Below, piece after piece: positions 9,866 through 18,786 of a stretch of 32,000 nt of DNA. The position numbers and the translations under genes were made by a program. This stretch comes from Aliivibrio fischeri ES114 (GTDB taxonomy: Bacteria > Pseudomonadota > Gammaproteobacteria > Enterobacterales > Vibrionaceae): NCBI RefSeq assembly GCF_000011805.1, contig NC_006840.2; one strand, 5' to 3'. Under the pieces are notes generated by a model. That model was not told the origin of the DNA, did no database searches, and saw only the letters and a list, made by a program, of their open reading frames with translations. Numbering within the stretch: position 1 is the stretch's first letter; each line of letters begins with the position of its first letter.

Positions 9866-10174
9866 CTATGGCGGCCATGCTCGTTTCTTGCCACCACCAG
9901 CGCCTGCGCCCGAGCGAATAAGCTCTACTGCTTTTGCTGTTTTTTCTTCAATACCTTTTAAACGCTCATCAAGTTCACTTAAATCAGCTGCGGCTCCCGC
10001 TGTACTCGTACCTTGAGTACCACCACCATCAACCATTTTCGCGATCTTGGCGTTCTGAGCTTCAATACGCTTAATGCGAGCATCAAGCTCCATTACCGCT
10101 CTACCTTGCTCACTGATTTTTTTATCGATAACTTTCAGAGCGGAAAGCAATTTCATTACGTATTGTTTTTCCAT
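9866..10174 (-). CDS. hypothetical small coiled-coil protein with Gly-rich segments
   Basis: An AGGTGAG SD lies 9 nt upstream of the ATG, and the gene has its own terminator. The product is K/E/A-rich with heptad-like stretches (IKRIEAQNAKIAKMV; LDERLKGIEEKTAKAVELI). These are interrupted by GGGTQGTSTAGAAA and followed by GAGAGGGKKRAWPP. It has no signal peptide or TM segment, and I recognise no family. Confidence 0.6.
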   Translation of the reverse strand: MEKQYVMKLLSALKVIDKKISEQGRAVMELDARIKRIEAQNAKIAKMVDGGGTQGTSTAGAAADLSELDERLKGIEEKTAKAVELIRSGAGAGGGKKRAWPP

Positions 10175-10263
10175 TAATCGGCTCTCACCTAACTTTCGCT
10201 CATATTGGTCTATTGTAGTTATCGACTATTTTATCAACTTCTTTAATAAACACGCACAACTAT

Positions 10264-10683
10264 TTAGTCTTTTTTCTCTTCTAATTCAGCTAACGCAGAA
10301 AGAATAGAACAGTGAGAAGCATCTTCATCAACATGACCACAACAAGCATCATTTATACTCTTTAATGCAAGGCGAATGTCTGTTAGTTGAGCGATCTTTT
10401 CGTCAATAATATTTAACTTAGATTGAGTAATGGCTTTTACTTCTGCACAACTGTGTTTTGTTGCTTCTAATCTAATCGCTAATAATTCTTGAATTTCATC
10501 CAATGCGAGACCAAGTTGCTTCGCCTTTAGAATAAAACGAATTTGAGCCAGATTGTCATCATTATACAAACGGTAACCGCTGCTACTTCTTCCTGATGGC
10601 ACAAGAAGACCATTTTTTTCGTAAAAACGTAATGTGTCGCTCGTAACATTACATTGTTTAGCTAACTCACCAATTAAATACAT
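10264..10683 (-). CDS. zntR: MerR-family Zn(II)-responsive transcriptional regulator
   Basis: MYLIGELAKQCNVTSDTLRFYEKNGLL aligns with E. coli ZntR (MYRIGELAKMAEVTPDTIRFYEKQGMM). The metal-binding cysteines are NDACCGH...HCSIL. Confidence 0.88.
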   Translation of the reverse strand: MYLIGELAKQCNVTSDTLRFYEKNGLLVPSGRSSSGYRLYNDDNLAQIRFILKAKQLGLALDEIQELLAIRLEATKHSCAEVKAITQSKLNIIDEKIAQLTDIRLALKSINDACCGHVDEDASHCSILSALAELEEKKD

Positions 10684-10756
10684 TTTTGCTTCTTATTCCT
10701 CTTTACTTCACTCTATTTTGATTCTTTTTAAAGAAAAAGGGCATCTTTTTTTGCGA

Positions 10757-10772
10757 ATGCAATCGATTGCGC
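10757..10772 (+). promoter_or_regulatory. PurR operator (PUR box) upstream of purH
   Basis: ATGCAATCGATTGCGC matches the 16-bp PurR consensus ACGCAAACGTTTGCGT at 12/16 positions, with the central CG conserved. The core GCAATCGATTGC is a perfect palindrome. A TAGAAT candidate -10 lies at 10796-10801, so the box would abut the -35 region. Confidence 0.6.
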
Positions 10773-10962
10773 GAGCTTTTTTGTTTAACTTTAGTTAGAA
10801 TATTCGCCAATAGGTTGATCTGATGTTTCGCACTTTACTCTTTTTAGGGTGTTTTCCAAAACTGGCCAATTGCTGTTTATTGATTCATATGAAATGAAAA
10901 ATAACAGAACAAGTTCATTTTTGGCAAAAATCCTAACTTAATTCTAAAGGAAGAAAGTAGCA

Positions 10963-12555
10963 ATGAATAACGCACGTCCGATCCGTCGCGCGCTGATTAG
11001 CGTATCTGATAAAACTGGTATTGTAGAATTTGCTCAAGCATTGGCTGAACGTGGTGTAGATATTTTATCTACCGGCGGTACGGCTCGTCTGCTTGCTGAA
11101 AAAGGCATCTCAGTAACTGAAGTATCTGATTACACTGGCTTCCCTGAAATGATGGATGGCCGCGTTAAAACTCTTCATCCTAAAGTTCATGGTGGTGTAC
11201 TTGGTCGTCGCGGTCAAGATGATGACATCATGGAGCAACACGGTATCAATCCTATTGATATGGTTGTTGTTAACCTCTACCCATTTGCAGAAACCGTAGC
11301 AAAAGAAGGCTGTACCCTTGCTGATGCCGTTGAGAACATCGACATCGGTGGCCCTACTATGGTTCGCTCTGCAGCGAAAAACCACAAAGACGTAACTATC
11401 GTTGTTAACGCTCACGATTACGACCGCGTTATCGCTGAAATGGACGCGAACGAGAAGTCTCTAACACTAGAAACTCGTTTCGACCTAGCTATCGCAGCAT
11501 TCGAACACACGGCTTCTTACGATGGCATGATCGCAAACTACTTCGGCACGATGGTTCCATCTTACGGTGAGAACAAGGAAGGTGATGAAGAGTCTAAATT
11601 CCCTCGTACGTTCAACCAACAGTTCGAGAAAAAACAAGACATGCGCTACGGTGAGAACAGCCATCAAGCTGCAGCATTCTACGTTGAAGCAAATCCTGAA
11701 GAAGCATCAGTATCTACTGCTCGTCAAATCCAAGGTAAAGCACTTTCTTACAACAACATCGCTGACACAGATGCAGCACTTGAGTGTGTGAAAGAGTTCG
11801 ACGAACCAGCATGTGTGATCGTTAAACACGCTAACCCATGTGGTGTAGCACTAGGTAAAGACATCCTAGAAGCTTACGACCGTGCATTCAAAACAGACCC
11901 AACGTCTGCATTTGGCGGCATCATCGCATTCAACCGCGAACTAGACGCAGCAACAGCGACAGCTATCACTGAGCGTCAATTCGTTGAAGTTATCATTGCC
12001 CCTTCAGTTTCTACTGAAGCAGTTGAAATCGTAGCAGCTAAGAAAAATCTTCGCCTACTTGAGTGTGGTGAGTGGACAACTAAGACGACTGGCTTTGACG
12101 TGAAACGCGTTAATGGCGGCTTATTAGTTCAAGACCGTGACCAAGGCATGGTGTCTGAAGATGACCTACAAGTTGTTTCTAAACGTCAACCAACAGCAGA
12201 AGAGCTAAAAGACGCATTGTTCTGCTGGAAAGTAGCGAAGTACGTTAAATCTAACGCTATCGTTTACTCCAAAGGCGACATGACTATCGGTGTGGGCGCT
12301 GGCCAAATGAGCCGTGTTTACTCTGCGAAAATCGCAGGCATCAAAGCTGCAGACGAAGGTCTACAGGTTGAAGGTTGTGTAATGGCATCTGACGCGTTCT
12401 TTCCATTCCGTGACGGTATCGATGCGGCTGCAGAAGCTGGCATCAAATGTGTTATCCAACCGGGCGGCTCAATGCGTGACAATGAAGTGATCGAAGCTGC
12501 TGATGAACACGGCATGGCGATGATCTTTACGGGTATGCGTCACTTCCGTCACTAA
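10963..12555 (+). CDS. purH: bifunctional AICAR transformylase / IMP cyclohydrolase
   Basis: The 530 aa product starts ...[20 protein letters not shown] and ends FTGMRHFRH, as in E. coli PurH. Confidence 0.97.
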   Translation: MNNARPIRRALISVSDKTGIVEFAQALAERGVDILSTGGTARLLAEKGISVTEVSDYTGFPEMMDGRVKTLHPKVHGGVLGRRGQDDDIMEQHGINPIDMVVVNLYPFAETVAKEGCTLADAVENIDIGGPTMVRSAAKNHKDVTIVVNAHDYDRVIAEMDANEKSLTLETRFDLAIAAFEHTASYDGMIANYFGTMVPSYGENKEGDEESKFPRTFNQQFEKKQDMRYGENSHQAAAFYVEANPEEASVSTARQIQGKALSYNNIADTDAALECVKEFDEPACVIVKHANPCGVALGKDILEAYDRAFKTDPTSAFGGIIAFNRELDAATATAITERQFVEVIIAPSVSTEAVEIVAAKKNLRLLECGEWTTKTTGFDVKRVNGGLLVQDRDQGMVSEDDLQVVSKRQPTAEELKDALFCWKVAKYVKSNAIVYSKGDMTIGVGAGQMSRVYSAKIAGIKAADEGLQVEGCVMASDAFFPFRDGIDAAAEAGIKCVIQPGGSMRDNEVIEAADEHGMAMIFTGMRHFRH

Positions 12556-12565
12556 TTTTCTCTTC

Positions 12566-12680
12566 GTATTTGGCATTGTGGCGTCGTTAACTGCTTTCGC
12601 CCACCCCAGTCACATAGCGAGCTATGCTCCTGGGGATGGGCTCAATTGTTGCCTAGCCACACCACCAAGTACTTTGAGCA
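12566..12680. repeat. ERIC/IRU-like intergenic repeat (imperfect ~115-bp palindrome)
   Basis: The core, 12598-12641, is CGCCCACCCCAGTCACATAGCGAGCTATGCTCCTGGGGATGGGC. The reverse complement of the ERIC core (from primers ERIC2/ERIC1R) is CGCTCACCCCAGTCACTTACTTATGTAAGCTCCTGGGGATTCAC. My hand alignment gives about 33/44 identities, with CACCCCAGTCAC and GCTCCTGGGGAT identical. The outer arms (GTATTTGGCATTGTGGC... / ...GCCACACCACCAAGTAC) are mutually complementary. Confidence 0.7.
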
Positions 12681-12848
12681 AAACTTATTTAATTTAGCTA
12701 ATTTGAAATACTCTTCGTTTTAGACATTTTCATTTTAGAGCAAAGCCATATTGATAAGGTCAAGGAGAGTTCGCGGAGTTTATAAGTATAAATGAGCAAG
12801 CTCGACATAGAGATTAGCAATATGGCGCAGCTATCAAAGGATAAATAA

Positions 12849-14141
12849 ATGAATGTATTAATTATTGGTGCTGGCGGTCGTGAGCACGCACTAGGTTGGA
12901 AAGCAGCACAAAACCCAAATGTTGAAACAGTATTCATCGCTCCAGGTAATGCAGGTACAGCGCTTGAACCAAAACTAGAAAACGTCGCTATTGATGTTGA
13001 AGATATCGCTGCCCTTGTTGCTTTTGCAAAAGAAAAAGCCATCGAGCTGACCATCGTTGGTCCTGAAGCACCATTAGTTATTGGCGTTGTTGATGCATTT
13101 CGTGAGGCTGATCTTCCTATCTTTGGACCAACTAAAGCAGCGGCTCAACTTGAAGGTTCTAAAGCCTTCACCAAAGATTTCTTAGCTCGCCATGACATCC
13201 CTACCGGTTCTTATGCAAACTTCACTGAGATTGAACCGGCATTAGCTTACGTTCGTGAACAAGGTGCACCTATCGTTGTTAAAGCTGACGGTCTTGCCGC
13301 AGGTAAAGGCGTTATCGTTGCGATGACTCTTGAAGAAGCAGAAGACGCAATCAAAGATATGCTGGCAGGCAATGCGTTTGGTGAAGCAGGTAGCCGTGTT
13401 GTTATCGAAGAATTCCTTGAAGGTGAAGAAGCCAGTTTCATTGTAATGGTGGATGGTGCAAGCGTACTTCCTATGGCAACAAGCCAAGATCACAAACGCG
13501 TTGGAGATAAAGATACAGGTCCAAATACAGGTGGTATGGGTGCATACTCTCCAGCTCCTGTGGTGACTCCTGAAATTCATAATCGTATCCTTGAAGAAGT
13601 TATCTACCCTACGGTTCGCGGCATGGATGCAGAAGGTGCACCTTATACCGGTTTCCTTTATGCAGGCCTTATGATCGATACTGAAGGTACACCAAAGGTA
13701 ATCGAATATAACTGTCGCTTTGGTGATCCAGAAACGCAACCTATCATGATGCGTATGGAATCAGACCTTGTTGAACTTTGTCTAATGGCTATCGACGAGA
13801 AACTGGACGAAGCAGAATCTAAGTGGGACCCACGTGCTTCTATTGGTGTTGTTCTTGCTGCTGGTGGCTATCCAGCGGATTATGCAAAAGGAGATGTTAT
13901 TTCGCTGCCTTCAGAAGAAACTGAAGGTCAAAAGATCTTCCATGCAGGCACCACAAATAACGATGCTGGTGATGTTGTGACAAACGGTGGTCGCGTACTT
14001 TGTGCTACCGCATTAGGTAATACCGTATCAGAAGCTCAAGAGCGTGCTTATGAGCTTGCTAAACAAGTAAGTTGGAATGGAATGTTCCATCGTAATGATA
14101 TTGGTTATCGTGCTATTGCTCGTGAATTAGAAACCAAATAG
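12849..14141 (+). CDS. purD: phosphoribosylamine-glycine ligase
   Basis: The 430 aa product starts MNVLIIGAGGREHALGWKAAQ (E. coli: [21 protein letters not shown]). An AAGGA SD lies 9 nt upstream. Confidence 0.97.
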   Translation: MNVLIIGAGGREHALGWKAAQNPNVETVFIAPGNAGTALEPKLENVAIDVEDIAALVAFAKEKAIELTIVGPEAPLVIGVVDAFREADLPIFGPTKAAAQLEGSKAFTKDFLARHDIPTGSYANFTEIEPALAYVREQGAPIVVKADGLAAGKGVIVAMTLEEAEDAIKDMLAGNAFGEAGSRVVIEEFLEGEEASFIVMVDGASVLPMATSQDHKRVGDKDTGPNTGGMGAYSPAPVVTPEIHNRILEEVIYPTVRGMDAEGAPYTGFLYAGLMIDTEGTPKVIEYNCRFGDPETQPIMMRMESDLVELCLMAIDEKLDEAESKWDPRASIGVVLAAGGYPADYAKGDVISLPSEETEGQKIFHAGTTNNDAGDVVTNGGRVLCATALGNTVSEAQERAYELAKQVSWNGMFHRNDIGYRAIARELETK

Positions 14142-14161
14142 CTTTACGGAAAATAAATAAT

Positions 14162-14187
14162 AAAGGCGCTGCAATAGCGCCTTTTTT
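14162..14187. terminator. bidirectional terminator between purD and the convergent lipoprotein gene
   Basis: AAAGGCGCT GCAAT AGCGCCTTTTTT: a GC-rich stem flanked by an A-run and a T-run. Confidence 0.85.
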
Positions 14188-14205
14188 CGTTCGACTTGAT
14201 TAATC

Positions 14206-14910
14206 TTAATCTTCAATCAATTCCGGGCGCTCTACACATGAATAACTATCATCTGTTAATAGTAATAACTCAGACATCTTTAACTCATTTTTATCTCTAC
14301 GAGTTTCTTGCCCTAAAAATGAAATAAAACTATCTAAGCCAGATAATCTTGCCACCACGAAATTAGGTAGTATTTGGTTAAACTCTAATTGATCGTATTG
14401 TTTACCATCACAGGAATAAAAAGTCTCACCATCCCATTCGCCTTGGAATAATTTAATATCGTCTTTATTTAGAGCTTCAACCTTAGTGACCAAATATTTA
14501 GATTGATCTTGAAATTGTATTAATTGAGCAGGCATTAATGGCAAAATACGCCCATCTTTATCATAACGTTGATAAACAGCCTCACCATTACCGTTATAGC
14601 GAATATGCATAGAATAAGGGATTAACTCACTCTCAGAATCAAGCATTTCTCCTTCACGGACAGCTTCAACAAGAGTTTCTTTTTCCCAACGATATGTGGT
14701 TTTATACCAACCATAATCACCCATAGTGACATAATCAGATGCTACAATAGGTTGCTGTAAACGACGGGTATACCAATAATAGCTCGTTGCATCACCTTGG
14801 ATTTGACCACCGGTTAATGTAACAGATTTGATGCGTTGTTCATCAGACGGATTAGACGAACAGCCAAACAGAAAAGTAGATAGAAGTAAGGTAGATAGAA
14901 TGCGCTTCAT
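14206..14910 (-). CDS. putative lipoprotein (positional equivalent of E. coli yjaH, DUF1481-like)
   Basis: The signal peptide has a lipobox: MKRILSTLLLSTFLFG-C-SS. It sits immediately downstream of hupA, as yjaH does in E. coli. The family assignment rests on position and memory, not on alignment. Confidence 0.65.
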   Translation of the reverse strand: MKRILSTLLLSTFLFGCSSNPSDEQRIKSVTLTGGQIQGDATSYYWYTRRLQQPIVASDYVTMGDYGWYKTTYRWEKETLVEAVREGEMLDSESELIPYSMHIRYNGNGEAVYQRYDKDGRILPLMPAQLIQFQDQSKYLVTKVEALNKDDIKLFQGEWDGETFYSCDGKQYDQLEFNQILPNFVVARLSGLDSFISFLGQETRRDKNELKMSELLLLTDDSYSCVERPELIED

Positions 14911-14940
14911 AAAAATGCCGAGTTAAGGATTAACTCGGCA
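14911..14940 (-). terminator. rho-independent terminator of hupA
   Basis: On the minus strand: TGCCGAGTTAA TCC TTAACTCGGCA (11-bp stem), followed by TTTTT, 10 nt after the hupA stop. Confidence 0.85.
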
Positions 14941-14949
14941 AAGTATAGC

Positions 14950-15222
14950 TTAGTTTACTGATTCTTTCAGTGCTTTACCCGCAACAAATGCAGGAACTTT
15001 AGCCGCTTTGATTTGAATCTCTTCACCAGTCTTAGGGTTGCGACCAGTGCGCGCAGCGCGGTTGTTAACTTTAAAAGTACCAAAGCCAATAAGTTGAACT
15101 TGCTCGCCATCTTTAAGAGCGCCAGTTACGCCTTCTAGAGTCGCTTCAAGAGCTGCTTTTGCTTGTGCTTTTGATAGGTCTGCTTTTTCAGCAATAGCAT
15201 CAATTAACTGGGTTTTATTCAT
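14950..15222 (-). CDS. hupA: DNA-binding protein HU-alpha
   Basis: The 90 aa product, [26 protein letters not shown]...[12 protein letters not shown], is near-identical to E. coli HupA. Confidence 0.96.
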   Translation of the reverse strand: MNKTQLIDAIAEKADLSKAQAKAALEATLEGVTGALKDGEQVQLIGFGTFKVNNRAARTGRNPKTGEEIQIKAAKVPAFVAGKALKESVN

Positions 15223-15443
15223 TAGGGTTTCCCTTCTATTTTTTTAAAATCCTAGTAACTCTAATGCATAAAGACCCCATCTGGCAAAGGTTTGTGCCCT
15301 TTCTTGCTGTAGAATGCGCGTTCTTTAGACATAAACTGAGTAACGTCTCACAATTTGTTACTATTTTTCATTAATGAGTCATTGTATTTTGGTTATTCCG
15401 TACCCATTTTATAGTGGCTTGCTTATTTTTTTTGAGATTAATA

Positions 15444-16514
15444 ATGTTAATTTTATCCATCTATATAGCCATTTCTATTGGTGTTTCTTTCATTTGTTCG
15501 GTATTAGAAGCGATTCTTCTTAGTATCAGCCCAAGCTACCTTGCAAAATTACGACAAGAAAACCACCCCGCTGCACCTCGATTAACAGCATTAAAAGATA
15601 ATGTTGATCGTCCTTTATCATCAATTTTAACGCTAAATACGATAGCTCACACCGCTGGTGCTGCTGCATCTGGTGCTCAAGCATCAATTGTTTTTGGTAG
15701 TGAATGGTTAGGTGTTTTTTCAGCTTTCCTAACTTTTGCCATTTTATTGTTCTCTGAAATTGTTCCAAAGACAATCGGAGCAACTTACTGGCGTCAACTT
15801 GCTCCTATGGCAGCGACAATGCTTCATTGGATGGTGTTATTGCTAAGTCCAGTGGTTTGGATGTCAGAACAAATTACAAAACGACTTTCTCGTGGCCATC
15901 AAGCACCAAAATTGCGTGATGAAATTACAGCCATGGCGACATTGGCAAAAGAAAATGGTGAATTTGCAGAAGGTGAGTCAAAAATATTAAACAACATTCT
16001 TAATATTCAAGATGTGCCTGTTACCCAAGTAATGACACCAAGAACGGTATTATTTCGTGTTAACGCCGAAATGACGGTGGAACAATTCTTAGAAAACCAT
16101 TCAGATACACCGTTTTCACGTCCATTAGTTTACAGTGAAGATAGTGATAACATCATTGGCTTTACGCACCGCTTAGAACTTTTCTCAGCAATGCGTAAAG
16201 GGCAAGGTGAACGACCTCTTGGTGCGATGATGCGTCCAATTCAGGTTGTGATAAGTACTTCAACACTACCAAAAGCTTTTGAGCAACTAATGAAACACAG
16301 AGCACAACTAGCATTAGTTATTGACGAGTACGGTACCGTTCAAGGCTTATTAACACTAGAAGATATCTTTGAATACATGGTCGGCGAAGAAATTATCGAT
16401 GAAGCAGACAAAACAACCGATATGCAGCAACTTGCTCAACAACGTTGGACAAATTGGAAAAACAAGCATGGTGTAATCGATAATACCGATACTGAAGAAG
16501 AAGAGAAAGAATAA
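15444..16514 (+). CDS. CNNM/DUF21 transmembrane protein with CBS pair (hemolysin-family annotation class)
   Basis: The N-terminus has multiple TM helices (MLILSIYIAISIGVSFICSVLEAILLSI...), followed by a CBS pair (VTQVMTPRTVLF...; LALVIDEYGTVQGLLTLEDIFEYMVGEEI). I preferred ATG 15444 with a GAGA SD over the GTG at 15414. Confidence 0.8.
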   Translation: MLILSIYIAISIGVSFICSVLEAILLSISPSYLAKLRQENHPAAPRLTALKDNVDRPLSSILTLNTIAHTAGAAASGAQASIVFGSEWLGVFSAFLTFAILLFSEIVPKTIGATYWRQLAPMAATMLHWMVLLLSPVVWMSEQITKRLSRGHQAPKLRDEITAMATLAKENGEFAEGESKILNNILNIQDVPVTQVMTPRTVLFRVNAEMTVEQFLENHSDTPFSRPLVYSEDSDNIIGFTHRLELFSAMRKGQGERPLGAMMRPIQVVISTSTLPKAFEQLMKHRAQLALVIDEYGTVQGLLTLEDIFEYMVGEEIIDEADKTTDMQQLAQQRWTNWKNKHGVIDNTDTEEEEKE

Positions 16515-16546
16515 TAAAAGGTGTTAGCAAGCCCCTTTTAACAAAC

Positions 16547-16579
16547 AAAAAAAACCGATGAGCAATCATCGGTTTTTTT
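16547..16579. terminator. bidirectional terminator between the CNNM gene and yjaG
   Basis: AAAAAAAACCGATGA GCAA TCATCGGTTTTTTT. Confidence 0.88.
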
Positions 16580-16593
16580 ATTAAACTAGAAAA

Positions 16594-17187
16594 TCAGTAC
16601 GTTAACTCTAAGCCAATATTACTGATATTCTCATCTCGTAATTCTTGTCGTAAATCTTTAATTAAATCGATATCACGCTCTTCAGCTTCGCGTAATGGGC
16701 GGAAAATAGCCCACTGAACATCCCACTCTTCACAAATCACATCGATCTCTTTTTGATTTTCATCTGTCACTTCTTCACCGGTTTGAGCTTCAACAAGTTG
16801 AGCAACCGTCATCACAGAAAGTTGACTGATCTTAAACATCGCCTCTTCTAACTCATCACGATCTAAAATACCATGTAAGAAAGTAGATAGTGCAACACAA
16901 GCATCAATTGCTGGGTAAGTAAGATAAATTGAATCATCATTAACTTCTGGGATCATCTCTTCCAGTTTTTCTAATTGACGTTCAAAATTAATCTTGGCAT
17001 TTTTTACGGTTAATAGCTCCCAAATACTATCAAGAATTACTCGATAGGTTTGTGGTTCAGCAAAACCTGTAGCCTCACAGTAATGTGCGTAGTTTGGATA
17101 CATACGTTCACACAAAGAAGCCATAAAAGTAATTTGTTGCCATGGTTCAAACTTTTCTAAACGAACTTGGATCGGGTTGCGTAACAT
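16594..17187 (-). CDS. yjaG: DUF416 family protein YjaG
   Basis: MLRNPIQVRLEKFEPWQQITFMASLCERMYPNYAHYC aligns with E. coli YjaG (MLQNPIHLRLERLESWQHVTFMACLCERMYPNYAMFC). I preferred ATG 17187 over the TTG at 17208. Confidence 0.85.
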   Translation of the reverse strand: MLRNPIQVRLEKFEPWQQITFMASLCERMYPNYAHYCEATGFAEPQTYRVILDSIWELLTVKNAKINFERQLEKLEEMIPEVNDDSIYLTYPAIDACVALSTFLHGILDRDELEEAMFKISQLSVMTVAQLVEAQTGEEVTDENQKEIDVICEEWDVQWAIFRPLREAEERDIDLIKDLRQELRDENISNIGLELTY

Positions 17188-17258
17188 AGACGATTCTGCA
17201 CTATTCAAAAAGGACGCTTTAAGTGTACTTGATAACCGCGAATGACAAAAGGAAGGTT

Positions 17259-18173
17259 ATGAATAAATTACTTATCATTTCAAAAGAAAAAGAGAAATAC
17301 CTCTCACTTTTAGAGCAAGCGGATCTCCCGGATCTTGAAATTTGTCACGATATTAGAAAAGCCGAGATCCTTCTTGCCGATCCACCACTGGTGATAGATC
17401 TCCTAGACCAATTCAAAAATCTAAAATGGTTACAGTCTACTTTTGCGGGTGTTGACTCTCTAATCCAACCTAATTTAAGAACCGATTACCATTTAACAAA
17501 TGTTCGTGGCATTTTCGGACAACCAATATCAGAGTATGTTTTGGGTTACTCCATTCAATACTTTCGTCATTTCAAACAATATGCTGAACAGCAGAAAAAG
17601 AAACAATGGCAGCCCCATACATACTCTTCATTAGTCAATAAGTGCATGGTTATTTTAGGAACAGGTTCAATAGGAAGTGAGTTAGCCGCAACCGTTAAGC
17701 AACTTGGCTTTATCGTTTATGGTATTAACCGCTCAGGGATCCCTCCTAAAGATTCTCCCTTTGATTGTATATTCCATATTTCAGAAATTGAAAATGCTTT
17801 TCAATATGCAGATGTGATTGTAAGTACATTACCAAAGACTGAATTAACTATGGACTTACTAAATAGTCAAACCTTAAAAAAATGCAATGGTGCATTGCTA
17901 TTTAATGTTGGACGAGGAGAAGTACTGGAAAATTACGGTTTACTAAACGCTCTTGAGTCTGGCTCTATTTCTCATGCATTTTTAGATGTGTTTGCTCATG
18001 AACCACTGTCTCAAGAATGTCCTTACTGGAATCACCCAAATATCACGATTACACCACACATTGCGGCACTCAGCTTTCCTGAGCAAGTGTTTGAGCAGTT
18101 CTATGACAACTACTTACGTTGGCGAGATGGGTTCTCTTTAATTAACTCTATAGATTTTACTAAGGGCTATTAG
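17259..18173 (+). CDS. D-isomer-specific 2-hydroxyacid dehydrogenase family protein (GhrA-like)
   Basis: An AAGGAAGG SD precedes ATG 17259. The NAD-binding loop is ILGTGSIGSELA. The catalytic triad context is NVGRG, DVFAHEP and ITPHIAA. Confidence 0.82.
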   Translation: MNKLLIISKEKEKYLSLLEQADLPDLEICHDIRKAEILLADPPLVIDLLDQFKNLKWLQSTFAGVDSLIQPNLRTDYHLTNVRGIFGQPISEYVLGYSIQYFRHFKQYAEQQKKKQWQPHTYSSLVNKCMVILGTGSIGSELAATVKQLGFIVYGINRSGIPPKDSPFDCIFHISEIENAFQYADVIVSTLPKTELTMDLLNSQTLKKCNGALLFNVGRGEVLENYGLLNALESGSISHAFLDVFAHEPLSQECPYWNHPNITITPHIAALSFPEQVFEQFYDNYLRWRDGFSLINSIDFTKGY

Positions 18174-18177
18174 AATA

Positions 18178-18214
18178 TTTAGCCTGTTGTTTCTCGTTTA
18201 ATTAACAGGCTAAG
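18178..18214. terminator. hairpin between convergent genes (possible terminator)
   Basis: 10-bp stem TTAGCCTGTT / AACAGGCTAA with a 15-nt loop. The flanks are AT-rich, but neither strand has a clean U-tract. Confidence 0.4.
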
Positions 18215-18218
18215 TATA

Positions 18219-18671
18219 TTAATCCTTAGGTGCAGCCGCTAATTTAGCTCGAATAAACTCTAAGTGATCAAGATAAATTAACTCTGATACTTGACGAATC
18301 ACCGCCTCTTCCATTGGCTCTATAACGCCATCAGCGTAAGCCACTTGCCACATTGCTTCTATTAAGTGATAACGCTCTTCGGGCATCAGTGATCTTAATT
18401 TAGTTGTAAACTCATACAAGGATGTGGACGCTTTACTTTTTTGCATCGCTTCTAATAACAATAATTTTGCTGACTCTTCGTTAAGGTCAAGAAGCTTCAT
18501 TAGTAACTGTAATTTTGCGGTATCTTCTCTCTCATCACTCTGATGATCCGCGTTTGATACTTCACACAAAAGTGAGGCCATTGCTAAGTGCATCGATGCG
18601 GTTTCACTTGCCCCACTTTCTGTCGCCTCATGAATCACTTTCTTCAATAATGTACGTAATTGTTTAAACAT
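18219..18671 (-). CDS. TerB-like (tellurite-resistance TerB / DjlA N-terminal domain family) protein
   Basis: The 150 aa product starts at ATG 18671 (MFKQLRTLLKK...). The helical acidic protein ends ...YHLIEAMWQVAYADGVIEPMEEAVIRQVSELI, which is typical of TerB-fold proteins. The longer ORF-track start at 18749 lies inside the hemE terminator hairpin. Confidence 0.65.
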   Translation of the reverse strand: MFKQLRTLLKKVIHEATESGASETASMHLAMASLLCEVSNADHQSDEREDTAKLQLLMKLLDLNEESAKLLLLEAMQKSKASTSLYEFTTKLRSLMPEERYHLIEAMWQVAYADGVIEPMEEAVIRQVSELIYLDHLEFIRAKLAAAPKD

Positions 18672-18732
18672 AACCGACTCTTGATTGCTCTTATCTTTAA
18701 TTATGACAATAAAATTATAGCTCTGTTCCAAT

Positions 18733-18764
18733 AAAAAAGGAGACCTCATTGAGTCTCCTTTTTA
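18733..18764 (-). terminator. rho-independent terminator of hemE
   Basis: On the minus strand: AAAAAGGAGAC TCAATGAG GTCTCCTTTTTT, 23 nt after the hemE stop. Confidence 0.8.
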
Positions 18765-18786
18765 TCTAGAATCTTAATTTAAGATT

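Noticed and set aside
10074-10307. 77-aa plus-strand ORF across the orphan-zntR spacer
   Set aside because: It is antisense to two better-supported minus-strand genes and has no SD.
12792-12848. 18-codon upstream ORF (MSKLDIEISNMAQLSKDK) whose TAA abuts the purD ATG
   Set aside because: There is no SD within range of its ATG (the nearest AGGAG is about 24 nt upstream). Coincidental ORFs of this length are common, and it would need ribosome-profiling support.
12698-13054. 118-aa minus-strand ORF spanning the purD start
   Set aside because: It is antisense to purD, and its Ser/Ala-rich product is typical of a reverse-frame artefact.
13242-13739. 165-aa minus-strand ORF inside purD
   Set aside because: It is antisense to a highly conserved CDS, and its Cys/Phe/Thr-rich product has no plausible motifs.
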